Part shown: positions 1-12,300 of the stretch, one piece after another
Position numbering within the stretch: position 1 is the stretch's first letter
How the letters are laid out: each line of letters opens with the position of its first letter
NCBI GenBank assembly: GCA_043228905.1
Contig: JBHGNT010000009.1
Span: 2,294,001 to 2,358,000 of the forward strand
DNA: 64,000 nt
Direction: 5' to 3'
Origin: Azolla caroliniana
Taxonomy: Eukaryota; Plantae; Polypodiophyta
Translations under genes and position numbers: made by a program
The notes under the pieces: generated by a model
Database searches by the model: none
The model's input: only the letters and a program-made list of their open reading frames with translations
What the model was told of the DNA's origin: nothing

Positions 1-588
1 GATATCACACGCAAGAAGACGAAAATATGTTGCGTAAGCTCAGGCTAGCCGATCTCCTTGGCACAATCTGCATATCTTGTTTATTGTTGTTCTTACACTA
101 TCAGTATCACCAAAACTAGCTTGGAATTCATTAATAAAGGTATCAAAGTTATCTAGTATTGGGGACTTCTTCTCTAGCAATGGTGCAAACCATGATAGTG
201 CGGTTCCTGTCAATAATTTCCCAACTAACCCTCCTCAACTTGCGTCAGTTGGATATCGGTTGGGATTCATATGAATTATAAGGCATACCTGATTTAAGAA
301 TCCACGAAATTGAGACCTTGTACCATCAAACTTTGTTGGCAAACTAAATTTGAGTTCCTTGAACAAATTCCGAGAGGTTGAAGCTTGTTGTCAAAGAGAT
401 AACACAATGGCTTCAAGTTGTTGGACATGTTTCGAGAGTTCCTCATGTTGTTGTGCCTTTTCAACACTCACTTGCTGTAAGTTGCCAATAAGTTTTTGAT
501 TCTCTTGTTCTAATGCGACAAATTTTGTTGTTAGGAGGTCAAGTTCAGATAGAATACACATATACTCTTGTTTACTAACTATCTCCAT
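1..588 (-). pseudogene. Degenerate gag of a Tcn1-like chromovirus (runs off window start)
   Basis: MEIVSKQEY...LPTKFDGTRSQFRGFLNQV...WFAPLLEKKSP aligns with the gag at 48984-49988; several in-frame stops. Confidence 0.85.
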
Positions 589-596
589 CGTGAGAA

Positions 597-1060
597 GAAG
601 ATTTGGCTAGATACTCGGGATTTTTTTTTTGAGTGGATTCCGTTCAAACTGTTGCGACCCAAGCTTCGAAGAAGATGTCGACGTCCAAGAAAAGAAGATA
701 ATAACAAACATGAAGACAATAACAAGACAAGATGACAAGAATTTGTATTACCGTAAACCAAGATTACAAGGTGTTGAACCGGAATGGTTCAACACTAAGC
801 AGATCTTTGACTTATATACTATACATAAGATTTGGCTAGATACTCGGGATTTTTTTTTGAGTGGATTCCAGTTCAAACTGTTGCAACCCAAGCTTCGAAG
901 AAGATGTCGACGTCCAAGAAAAGAAGATAATAACAAACGTGAAGACAATAACAAGACAAGATGACAAGAATTTGTATTACCGTAAACCAAGATTACAAGG
1001 TGTTGAACCGGAATGGTTCAACACTAAGCAGATCTTCGACTTATATACTATACATAAGAT
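597..1060. repeat. Tandem duplication, 2 x ~229 bp, covering leader, PBS and U5/R of the Tcn1-like LTR
   Basis: atttggctagatactcggg at 601 and 830; near-identical copies. Confidence 0.9.
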
Positions 1061-1243
1061 TGTGCATGATTGTCATTTGGTATGCCAAGTGGCCCGCCAT
1101 TTGGCGATCATCTATTGTGTCTACTCCATAGTTCTTGAATAGTAATAATATGAAAATACATTTGTTCATTAAGATAAGTTGTTGTAATGGTTAGAGTGTA
1201 AGACCCTTGTTATAGGTCACAAGTTCAAATCTTGATATTGACA
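879..1243 (-). mobile_element. 5' LTR of the Tcn1-like element whose gag is at 1-588
   Basis: TG...CA ends (tgttgc...ttgaca); TATA-like motif and palindrome at 1000-1024; self-priming PBS-like 12-mer at 865-876. Confidence 0.7.
1173..1238 (+). promoter_or_regulatory. tRNA-like Pol III A/B-box cassette at LTR end
   Basis: TGTTGTAATGG (1180)...AGGTC-ACAAG-TTCAAAT-CTTG T-arm-like hairpin. Confidence 0.5.
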
Positions 1244-2048
1244 TTTTGTGATACTTGATGATGATTGACAAAGTTTGGAAGTAGACACGAAGACTTAAGA
1301 AAACAAAATGGATTTATATGTACTTACATGACACTACCATTCGCTCATCTAATAGTCATTGGACTTTAACTAGCTTTGGGTGTTTCGTGTTGGCTCCCTC
1401 ATAATCTTTGAAGCATGGGGTTAAGGTGTCCCAAGTCCTCTAAAAATCATGTAGCAATGTGTTGAATTCATGGAATTGGACATTCGTACCATGTGATTAG
1501 AACAATTAAGATATCTCTATGCTTGAAGATTTAAGAGTCATAAATACCTATTAGTCTCTCAATTTACCACAATTGACCAATGTCAAAATTTTCACGTTTT
1601 TGATATGATACAAAGAAGTTTGACAATTTTAAACCACTTTTTGAGGTTTGTCATGAATGACTAAAATATCGGGCATTGGTGCCAAACACTTTGGAGGAGC
1701 CATGTTTTTGTGGTTTTGGTTGAAGTGTTGATAAAGTCCCGATAGAACTTCAACGACATGAAGAATCAAAAGTTCAACTAGTGCACAAAGGAACGAGCAC
1801 ATATTCCTCAATAATGGAGTTCAAAAACATTATACCAATGTTCTTCTTTGACAACAAATGTGGGACAATAGATGAGACCATCATATCAAAGGAACTATTG
1901 TGACAAGGATGCATGATTTGGTAGTACAATTCATGTACTAAGAACCTTCAACATTTGCCACATTGACATGGGCTAGGTTGGAATTTTATTTAGGCATTTG
2001 TCCATGGGGAGTTCGCATCTATGAAACTCCATTTTATGTAATGGTTTC

Positions 2049-2159
2049 ATAAATCGTAGGAGTCTAAATATCTTGTCTTATCTTTAGTGACTTCAGGTAT
2101 TAATAGTCAACATGAAGTCACTAAAGACAAGACATAATATTTAGACTCTTATGACTTAT
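2049..2159. repeat. Long inverted repeat (MITE-like or hairpin RNA)
   Basis: taggagtctaaatatcttgtcttatctttagtgacttca / tgaagtcactaaagacaagacataatatttagactctta; ~45-bp arms, ~17-nt loop. Confidence 0.85.
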
Positions 2160-2892
2160 CAGTAATTGAACATACATTTGAACAACATTGCATACTTGAC
2201 ACTCACTTAGGTCATAGATTTTTACATAGTCCTCGATATGGTTCTAGATTAATCCTTAAAGATGGAAGTCTTGTACTTATACATCAAACTAATTTGTACC
2301 AATGAGTATTGACATGCGGTTGAACAACGTTGCATGCTTGCTACTTAGCTGGCCCCATTGATCAATCCTACAAGAGCAATAATAATGGTTGATGAGGAGG
2401 TGAAGAAGATAGATATTGTTTTATTGTCCACCAAAGATTGACAGTGATCTATGAGATGGGGCCTACCCCATGGCAAGGATCAAACTTGGGTTCTCTCAAA
2501 CTTATGACTCTGATGTTGCTGTGTAAACCACCAAGAGTGGCCATCTGGGTGATGTGTTCCATGTTGATGAATTAATAGGCCAACGATACTACCAAAGTAA
2601 GAGTAGGCTTCCCCCTCCTAATTAACTAACTAATCAATTAGTAATCCCAAATATCTTCTCTAACTTTAACTCTACGAGGATGGTATAGGATAATTAACTA
2701 TGTTCCTTGTAGTCTTCATTCAATGCATTGTTGTACAGTACTTAGCTTACAATACACGTAGAATACATATGCAACTATTCAACCTTTTTTAAAAATGCTT
2801 AGAATACGTATTTTATAGACAAATATGTTAAATACATTAAAAACTTCTTAAATTTTAAAGTTTTATTAAATAATAATTTTTATTGATCCTGA

Positions 2893-3112
2893 TTTCATGC
2901 TTAGGTAGATGCGTGAGGGATTTTGCTATTGACACATTGGTTGATGAGGGTATGATGGTTATGTTTTTCTATATGAGTTCTTGTATCCTCTGGGCATCTT
3001 TTCATGCTTAGGTAGATGCGTGAGGGATTTTGCTATTGACACATTGGTTGATGAGGGTATGATGGTTATGTTTTTCTATATGAGTTCTTGTATCCTCTGG
3101 GCATCTTTTCAT
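2893..3112. repeat. Tandem duplication, 2 x 107 bp
   Basis: ttcatgcttaggtagatgcg at 2894 and 3001; copies look identical. Confidence 0.9.
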
Positions 3113-4758
3113 TAAATTATACTGAGGTGAATCTTTTATCAAATAATAATAATAATAATTTTAATTTAGTTTAAGCTTTTTGAAAATGTTAAATACTTGT
3201 TAAATACGTAGAATACATCAAATACTTAGAATAAGTAGAATATATGTATGAGATCATTGTAGACCACATGATTCGACTTGTACTCGCCAATGATGAAGCG
3301 CACTAGTTTATAGCTATAGGCACCTACTTAAATTAAGTAGTCAGTTTAAAAGGATATGTACGTAGTCTCATATTTTTGAACTCAGTTGGAGGGTGATTCC
3401 CCGATTTATGTATAAGCCACCGTGTATAGTCTTTCTGTAATAATCTCTCCTAACTAATGGGAAAGTAGCGTCTTTTTGGACAAAAAGAAAGTAGAATATG
3501 TGAGATATTATATAATGGAAGTTCCAAAACATAGAATATACGTTCTTTAATAGCTATGATTTAATGTAATAAATTATAACTACTACTTCCAGTTAACATT
3601 ATGATAAATTCACATGCTATGACTATGATTGTCATGTTCTTCCTTCACTCAATAGATTATAGTTGTTGCTTATATTGTTTATGTATTAGGGTTGTTGTCT
3701 TGTGACTTTATGCTCAAGTCTCACAGATTGTAATTGCCGCTATAGTTATGGTATATATATTATATATTTTTGTTTACAAAAGAAGGCTTTGCAAATGAGT
3801 GGAGATACCATATACAAATCCGACCAATTTTAAGAATCACAACTCACTATACAATCATTGTTATGGAGTGATCCTCATTGTATAGGTCAAAAATGACCGT
3901 TGAGACTAGGTTGTCCCAACCCAAGGTTGCGACTTCTTTGGAAATGGGACTAGGCCCCTTGGTATTTTGCAAACTACCTTACCATGCAATAAATTCTCAC
4001 TCTCTCAAGTTCCATCTTGGATATAGCGAGTCTTGTAGAAATCTTACCAATTTTAAGGTTAACCACCCACTATACAGGCATTTTTATATATTCTCTCTCT
4101 CTTCGTAATTAGATTACCCTAGTGGTAAGTCGTTTACACGAATAACACTACATCTTGTAGGTTCAAAACCCCATTTTCTCACCTCTCTATTACTCCATAG
4201 GAGTCTCTTATTTCACTAGATGCCACCGTGCAGGGCCTAAAATTGACGGGTTAGTCTTAAAGTTTTTTGACGGGCATTTTTTAAAGATGTATGTCATATG
4301 ACAGAAGATTGCAAAAACTTAACATGTCATTTGACATACAGATTTTAGACATGAAAAGCATAGATGATAGTAATGACTTAACAATAATAGAAACAATGGT
4401 AAGTAAAAGTTTTAGTTTTAACTTAAAACCTATGTACTAAAAGTATTTCATTTCAATATAATATAAACAGTTAAGTTATTGCTTAGATAATACAAAACCT
4501 ATATTGTATTATATTACATAATGTGATAGATGGTAACTTACATATTTAAAATGTTAAAGTTGGATATGTTGCTGAACAACTATATGTAAAATCAATCATT
4601 TTCAAGTGAAACAATAACTTGCTACCCTAATAGAAGTACTTACTCACCTATTTTCTATATCAATAAGTTATTACTAAGTTCTAACCTTAGTTTTTTAATA
4701 AAGCATAGATGATAGTTATAACTTATTAGTAATAACTTAATAATTATAAAAAGGATGA

Positions 4759-4858
4759 NNNNNNNNNNNNNNNNNNNNNNNNNNNNNNNNNNNNNNNNNN
4801 NNNNNNNNNNNNNNNNNNNNNNNNNNNNNNNNNNNNNNNNNNNNNNNNNNNNNNNNNN
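4759..4858. other. Assembly gap (100 N)
   Basis: Run of N; standard unknown-size scaffold gap. Confidence 1.
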
Positions 4859-4859
4859 A

Positions 4860-5452
4860 CTCGTATGCCTTTATGAGGAGGAGAGGTGCATGGGCAAGCC
4901 CGAAACGCTCCCTTGTCACGAGACGGCCGAACGTACAAGGAAGACACAAACACACACACAAAATGCTCGTACGTCTTTATGAGGAGGAGAGGTGCATGGG
5001 CACGCCCGAAACGCTCCCTCGTCATAAGACGGCCGAACGTACAAGGAAGACACAAACACATACGCAAATGCTCGTACACCTTTATGAGGAGGAGAGGTGC
5101 ATGAGCAAGCCCGAACGGTCCCCTCGTCACAAGACTGCCGAACGTACAAGGAAGACACAAACACACACGCAAATGCTCGTACGCCTTTATGAGGAGGAGA
5201 GGTGCATGGGCAAGCCCGAATGGTCCCCTCGTCACAAGACGGCCAAACGTACAAAAAAAAGAAGCAAACACACACACAAATGCTCGTATGCCTTTATGAG
5301 GAAGAGAGGTGCATGGGCAAGCCCGAACGTACAAAAAGATGTCACAAACACACGCACAAAATGCTCGTACGCCTTTATGAGGAGGAGAGGTGCATGGGCA
5401 AAGCCCGAACGGTCTCCTCGTCACAAGACAACCGAACGTACAAGGAAGACAC
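4860..5452. repeat. Tandem repeat, ~105-bp unit, about 6 copies, abutting the gap
   Basis: ctcgtaYRcctttatgaggaggagaggtgcatg-type unit at 4860, 4966, 5071, 5176, 5283, 5364. Confidence 0.95.
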
Positions 5453-7183
5453 GAATAAAGAAAGAAGGAGAGAAAGAAACACGAATGATATCGACCAAAG
5501 AGATAAATACGTGTTCGATTCCAATGCAAGAGGACCCTTTATAAAATAGGGTTTTGTTTACAATGGCAACTTATAGTTAACCACAAGCTCAATCAAAACA
5601 TAAATATTAAATGCCCTTAGAGACAAAAGCAAATCCGAACACGGCGAAGATGAACACACGAGCACCACCAAAATGCCAATCCCAACGAACCACGACTACC
5701 CGAACGACGAGCACACGGGCTCGCAACGACAAACGGGGCGGAGCAACGTCGAAGCAACGAAGGTTGGGCTCACGAGCACTTCGAGTGCCGACGTGAAGAA
5801 GACGAGCATGTGGCGATGGGGGGATGAAGGGGTATGAGATAAAGAGAAGTGGTGAATAAGGAGATGAAGAGCTTCGAAGGAAAATTGGCGATAGTCTCCT
5901 CCTCCCAAAAACGTCCTCCCGAATGACCCCCCTCGATCTCCTTTTATAGGAGAAAAAGAAGGGGGGGTCACCAAATTTGTCTTCAATGAAAAAGGAATAA
6001 AATTCCTTAAATCACACTGCATTGTAAGTCCAAATTCAAACCGTGTACCTCTAGCTAATAGTCAATGTGACTATCCACTAGCCCACTAACTCTCTCTTAT
6101 ATAATATATAATTCTATCTCTATAAATTCATAGCTTGTCTCCCCTCTACCTTTTATCTCTCCTCTCTCTTACTTTTTGCACGAGCTTCTATACCTCCATT
6201 TGACCCTTTCTTTTCCTTTTTATTTTGCATATGCACAATTAATCGCTTTCGTGCACACACACATTGCACATGCACATTTTTGACCCCCCCCTTTCGACGA
6301 TTTTTCCCATTCTCGAGCATGCCACATCACAACAGCGGGCGTGGAGGATCCTTCTCGGGCCCTCGATCTTGTTTCCGGTATCCATCCCACATAGTCCGTT
6401 TACGCGCGCGCGTGTTCTCGTTCCTGGCACCTCCGTGTGCCGTCTTCCGCCTTCCTTGTTTGGCACCGCCTGTGTCGAACATCGTCCCTTACTCGTGCTT
6501 CTCTTTGGCCCTTGATGGCCACACACACGTTGTCGTGAAGAAAATCGTCCCTTAGCGCAATCGGTGCATAGCGCGCGCGAACCGGCTCTTCACGCGTGCG
6601 CGCCCTTTAATGTATATAATGGAGAATTAAGTACGAAAGCATATCCTAGGTAGCTAGATTCGGTAGGTAGGAAGTTAATGAGGGAAACGGCTCCCTTCTC
6701 GAAGCTATAAAAGAGAGGGAGACGCGGGGAGAGAGGGATCGCGCATTGAGGAGGACGAAGTGCTGTCGGACCGTAACTGAACGCTTCTCCTCTGTTTGTT
6801 CTCTATTGCTCTTCTCTGCAGGTTTTCGGGAGGCTCGCGCTGCTTCGAGGAACGCCCGTGTGCTTCCGGCAGCACCTCCATCCTATCCCCTTTCGTGCGC
6901 AGACGAGCAGGCATCGACATCTGTTCGCCGGCTTGTTCGGTTGTAACTGCTCGCGTGCTCTGTTGTCTTGTGTCATTTGTTAATATACAAACATTCGTGT
7001 CTCTCTGTCTTTGTGTCCATTCGTGTCTTTTGCGTTGACGGGCCGTGTCCCTGTGTTTCTTTGCTCATACGTAACCGATCGTCTCTCTCTTTCTCTTTCC
7101 CCTCCTATCACCTGCTCTTCGGTTCAAGACCCCGGTGGTCCCTCCTCGTTTCTCCACGCACGCGCGTAGTAATGCGACATATT

Positions 7184-7201
7184 TGGTGAACCCGACGTGA
7201 A
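7184..7201 (+). promoter_or_regulatory. Primer-binding site for tRNA-Trp
   Basis: TGGTGAACCCGACGTGAA is complementary to the plant cytosolic tRNA-Trp 3' end (TTCACGTCGGGTTCACCA); identical copies at 22299, 26281, 34492 and 51207-51224(-). Confidence 0.9.
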
Positions 7202-7223
7202 CAAGGCGGTAGAGGAGCAGAAG

Positions 7224-9349
7224 ATGAGGGGGTCGGATCTTGCAGAGGCCATGGCTTCGGCCGTGGACCGGATAGTGAGCGCGCGCGAGGGCACCGGCGC
7301 CCTTGACAGAGCTATTGAGGCGATCGTCGGTATGATCGGCTGGTTCAGTGGAAAGGATGCCACGAGTTATTTGGCGTCCTACCGGGCGGAGATGTTGATG
7401 AGGGATATTCCGGAAGAGAGGCGTCTTGCCGGATTCCCTCGAGTGGCGATGCCGGGCATCCATGCGGAGGTGCTCGAGGTCCGGGCGAAGAGCCGGACCT
7501 GGGAGGAGTTCGAAGGACGGCTCCTGGAGAAATACGGGCTGGATGACGCGCTTCGACTTTCGAAGCGGGGCTTCATGGAGTGGGTGGAGTCCTCCGACAA
7601 AGGAAGAAATGCGTCGGCACTCCTCCGGGAGTTTGAGGATCGATTTGCGCGCCTTTCGGCGCTCGATCGGACCGTTCTGGACACAAGTCGTGTCCTACTG
7701 TTTGTCAAATCGGTTGACGCACGGGATCGGGAGCAAGTGGGCTCCTTATTGGAAACCGAAGACGGGTTGACGGCCGACTAGGCCGCGGTAAAAAGAGTCT
7801 GCGGCCGTTTTGACAAACGGTGGTAGTGGGCTGATACAGGGGCGACCGGTGCGGGTCTTGTCGCAGCAAGGAATCTCGAACCGATACCGCAGGCGCGATG
7901 GGAAGAGACCCGGGAGTGGCTCGAAACCGGTTCGGCTTCGACCGGCGTGGTCAGAGGCTCGTCCGGGGGAACAACTTTGGAGGAGTTGACACAGGCGGTA
8001 AAGGATCTCCATATCGCCCAGGCTCGGAGGGAAGGCGGCGAACAGGCTCGTGACCGACAGCTTCCGACAGGAAATAGGTGCATGTGGTGCGACGAGGTCG
8101 GCCACATCCGGAAAGACTGCGGGGACTTTGCGGAGGCTTTGAGAAGCCGGGTAGTGTACCTGTGGGAAGGTTGGGTGCACGCCAATGATACCCGGAGGGC
8201 CCTGAACCGAAACGACGGGCGAGGAGGAATGAAAAGGCTGATGGAAGAGGCGGCAGCCCGGCACGTGGAGACCGTCCACTACTCGGCGTCGGCCGGTATT
8301 CGGGTCGGTGGTAGCGAGGCCCGGAAGGAGAGCAAAGCCGGGTTCTAGCCGACGGTGCTGGAAGGCCTCGCCAGTGGCCGACTAAAGAAGGACGAGGCGG
8401 ACCGCGCGGAGAAGCGGGTCCAGGAGGTAACCGGGTGGAGTGACCCGGTCGAAGAAAAGACGAGTTTCGTTGAAGCAGCTTGCCAGAACTACGAGGCTCT
8501 GGTTGAAGACAAACGGGTAGGTAAAACCGGAGGGGCCGGACCCTCACAGAGATACGAAACCCGATTCAGGCCGAAACAGAATGAGGCCGGTGAGACCAGT
8601 GCCCGGGATAACCACAAGAAGGGCGGATACCGGTTGGGCACGGAGATCGAAAGCACCATGGACCTACGAAAGGTCCTGGAAGAACGAATCCTCGACAGCA
8701 AGGTGGAACTGTCGTTGCGGGAGGTGCTCGGAATCGCCAAGAAGGAGTTCCACGACTCCATCCTAAACTTGGTGAAGAGGAAGAGGTTGTCGACGAAGAC
8801 AGAGCCGGAAAGGCCGGTGGAGGTGCGGATGACGCACATAGAGGACATGGTGCTGGAAGACGAGTGGGCGGAGAGCCACTACTCGAGGCCACACTGGGCC
8901 CGAGCGACCACGGAAACCCCGGTGAAGATGGAGATGTTCAGGAACCGGTGGTGGCGCTGGTGGACCACGGTTCGGAAATAAACCTCATGTCCATGGACTT
9001 CTACAAGAAGGGGAAATGGCCGATCAACACCAAGCACAGGTGGAAGATACGGGCGGCGACGCGCGCCACCGAGGAACTACACGGGGCCTGCCCAAACGTG
9101 CGAGTCAAGATCGGCGACGTCGAGATAGATCAGCACTTCTTTGTGCAGGAGACGTCCTTGCACCCGATCATACTGGGAGAACCGTACATTACGGCAGCGC
9201 GGATGGAGACCAAGGTGCTGGACAACGGGTCGGCTTACGCGAGGGTCAAGAGTCAGGATGGGCGTCATTCGGTCCAGTTCCTGACGGTGCGACTGAACCA
9301 CGAGCGAAACCGCGAGTCCCTCGGTGGCGAGAACCGAGAGGATTTTTAG
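7224..9349 (+). pseudogene. gag-protease of element A
   Basis: CCHC knuckle CMWCDEVGHIRKDC; protease ALVDHGSEINLM...IILGEPY; premature stops and a frameshift near 8930. Confidence 0.9.
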
Positions 9350-12300
9350 AGAGGGCTGTCAAAGCGTGGGGCCGCGACAGTCCGGACACTCCGGGAATAC
9401 CCCACAAATGTACAATAGAGGCGAAACCGAAGAAACCTTGTAGCATAAGTAGGAAGTTTTGTTTCTCCGACAACGGAGGGTGTACGATAGTCGGCGTCGT
9501 TGGCCGAGAAAAGACAAGGGCGGAAGAGCGACTTCGGGCGTGCGGAGTTCTCGGGCCCAGCGAGGAAATCAACGGAGCCGTGGAGGCGGTCTCCTTCGAC
9601 GATACCTTGGGAATACTGCGAGAGGTGGTCTTAAAGAGGACCGGACGATACCGGTTTGTTCAGAAGAGATGTACGAAGTCATCACGGACTTCAGTCGGGG
9701 GCTCCAGTCGAATCGGACGACCCGGGTTAACACAAAGTACAAGACTGTGGACCGGAAGGTAAGGCCAGTCGCAGCACCCTTACCGGAGGGCAGCGAGTTG
9801 CGAATCAAGGGGGTCGTGTCGGACCCCAGTTTATGAGATCCGGCCTGCATAGGACACACCTTCACCGACAGAACGCTATGGGAGCTCAAAATGAGTGGGG
9901 GCGGGTTCCTACTGCCGGCGGAAGAAGACCGGTTTCGGAGAATGCTCGGAAGGCACGAGAAAGCCTTCGCATTCTCACCGGAAGAGATCGGGTGCGTAGA
10001 CCCGACAGTCGTGAAGCCGATGGTGGTATTCACGGTACCGCATGTGCCGTGGAATCTCAAACCAATTTCGGTACCGAGAGCTCACATCCCGGAGCTGATG
10101 GAGCTGTTGAGCAGAAAATCGATATGGGCATCCTCGAACCGTCGAGTGCCCCGTACTCTAACCGGTGGTTTACCGTACCGAAGAAGAACGGGACGTTGCG
10201 CTTCATTCAAGACCTGCAACCGGTCAACAGAGTGACCATTCGGAACGTAGGAATCGGACCAATGATAGACGAGTTCGCGGAAGCCTTCGCCGGAAGGTCG
10301 ATCTACTCGGTCGGTGATCTGTACTCGGGGTACGATCAGTTCCAACTAGCCGTAGAGAGCAGAGACATTATGACGATGCGGACTCCTCTCGGCCTAGTGC
10401 GGATGTGTACCCTGCCACAAGGAGGGACGAACTCAGTGGCCCACATGGTGAATGCGATGAACAACATGCTGAGGGATTGTATCCCGGACATCACCATGCC
10501 ATTCTTGGACGATATCCCGATCAAGGGATGTCTGGTGGAAGACAAGGACGAAACGATCGGGCTGGACGGATGCCGGAAATTCGTGGCGACACACATTGAC
10601 GACTGCGAGAGGGTGCTGCAGAGGCTAGAGGACGCGAGGCTCACCTTCTCCGGGGAGAAATCGGCCTTCGGGCAATGAGAGATCATGGTCGTCGGACATC
10701 TATGCGGACCGTATGGCCGGAAACCGTCTCCGGCTAAGGTGGAAGCCATCTCCACAATGAAGCCCGACTGTAGCTCGGTCACGGAGGTACGGAGGTTCTT
10801 GGGAGCATGCGCGTTCTACCACATATGGATCCCGCATTACGCCCACGTTGCCGAGCCGCTATACGGGTTGCTGAAAAAGGGGCGAAAATTCGAGTGGTGA
10901 GACGAGCATACGGAATCAGTCCGAAAGATGAAGGAGGCTCTTGCTGTAGCTCCGTTACTCCGGAAGGCTGTCTACGAGAAAGGCACTCCCATCTACATAA
11001 CGGTAGATACAAGTCTGACCGGGATCGGATGGGTCGTCAACCAAGAAGATAAGGACGGCATTCGGTTCCCAATCCGGTTCGGCGTGAAGGTCCTCAGCGA
11101 GCGACAGTGAGGATACGCCCAGGTTAAACGTGAACTCTGGGGTATCGTTTCAGCGGTGAAGGCCGATAAAGACTATCTGATCGGGATAGAGGTGATTATC
11201 GAGACAGACTGCCTGCCGATTCTCGGTATGGTTTCCAGATGCGCAACCCCGGACCTGGCAATGCTCAGGTGGATAGCGTACATCAAGTCCCTGGATCCGG
11301 AAATACGACACATTTCCGGGAAAGACAATGCCATGGTCGACATGCTTTTGAGGGCACGATTCAACGACGAGGGCGGCATGGTTTCGGAGGACAAGGAAGT
11401 CGGCGTGGACTTCTTCGAGGCGGCCTACATAACAACCGAGGGAGGGAGCACTCCGGCGCTTAATGATTTCGACGAGAGCAAGTACAACGGGGAGTGGCTG
11501 CAGATTGGGGGATTCTTAAGGACGATGATGCCGGACGCATCATGGACAAAGGACGAGGCCAACCGGATCCGGAAGAAAGCGTACCGATTCTTTCTCCGGG
11601 ACGGATACTTGTGGAAGCACCCGAAGAAGAGAAACGGCATCTCGCTCCGAGTAGTGGCGATGAAGGAGGAACAGGAGGAGTTGCTAAAGGCCTACCATGA
11701 CAGCCCCTGGGTTGGACACCGTGGGACGTGGGCCACGTTCAAGAAACTAAAGGGGAAGTACTGGTGGCTGGGACTGTACCGGGACGTGCATCGGTTCGTG
11801 ACAACTTGTGAGAGCTGTCAGATACACTCCATAGTCCGACATCGGGACGAGCTTCACCCTACATACCCTCCGGCCATCCATTTCAAATGGATGGTAGATT
11901 TGGTGACGATGCCGATGGGTGTAGGGCAGATGCGATATCTGGTGCTGGCCCGGGAGGACCTGACGAACCAGGTGGAAGGCCGAGCCCTGCAGAACAAAAC
12001 GACCGCGGTGTTGGTTCCTGATCGAGGACATGATATGCCGGTACGGGTGCGTCGGGAAGATCGTGGCTGACCGCGGGGAGTTGGACGCCGAAGAGGCCGA
12101 GGAGCTGTTCAACCGGTTAGGGGTCAAGCTGTCGCTCACCACAGCGTACAATCCGGAGGCGAACGGGAAGGTGGAGCGCGGACACGGACCGATCGTCAAA
12201 GCGCTAGTCTGGGCGTGCGGAGGCCAGGTTGGGAACTGGCCACGACTGTTACCTTATGGCTTGTGGGCGGACCGGACGACGCATAGTTCGGTAACTGGGT

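Noticed and set aside
4212-4240. Helitron 3' end (CTAG plus GC hairpin) on the minus strand
   Set aside because: Hairpin is too weak and is separated from the candidate 5' end by an assembly gap
4860-5452. CRISPR-like appearance and long ORFs in the repeat array
   Set aside because: Whole units repeat with no unique spacers, there are no cas genes and the context is eukaryotic; the ORFs are by-products of a 105-bp (multiple of 3) unit
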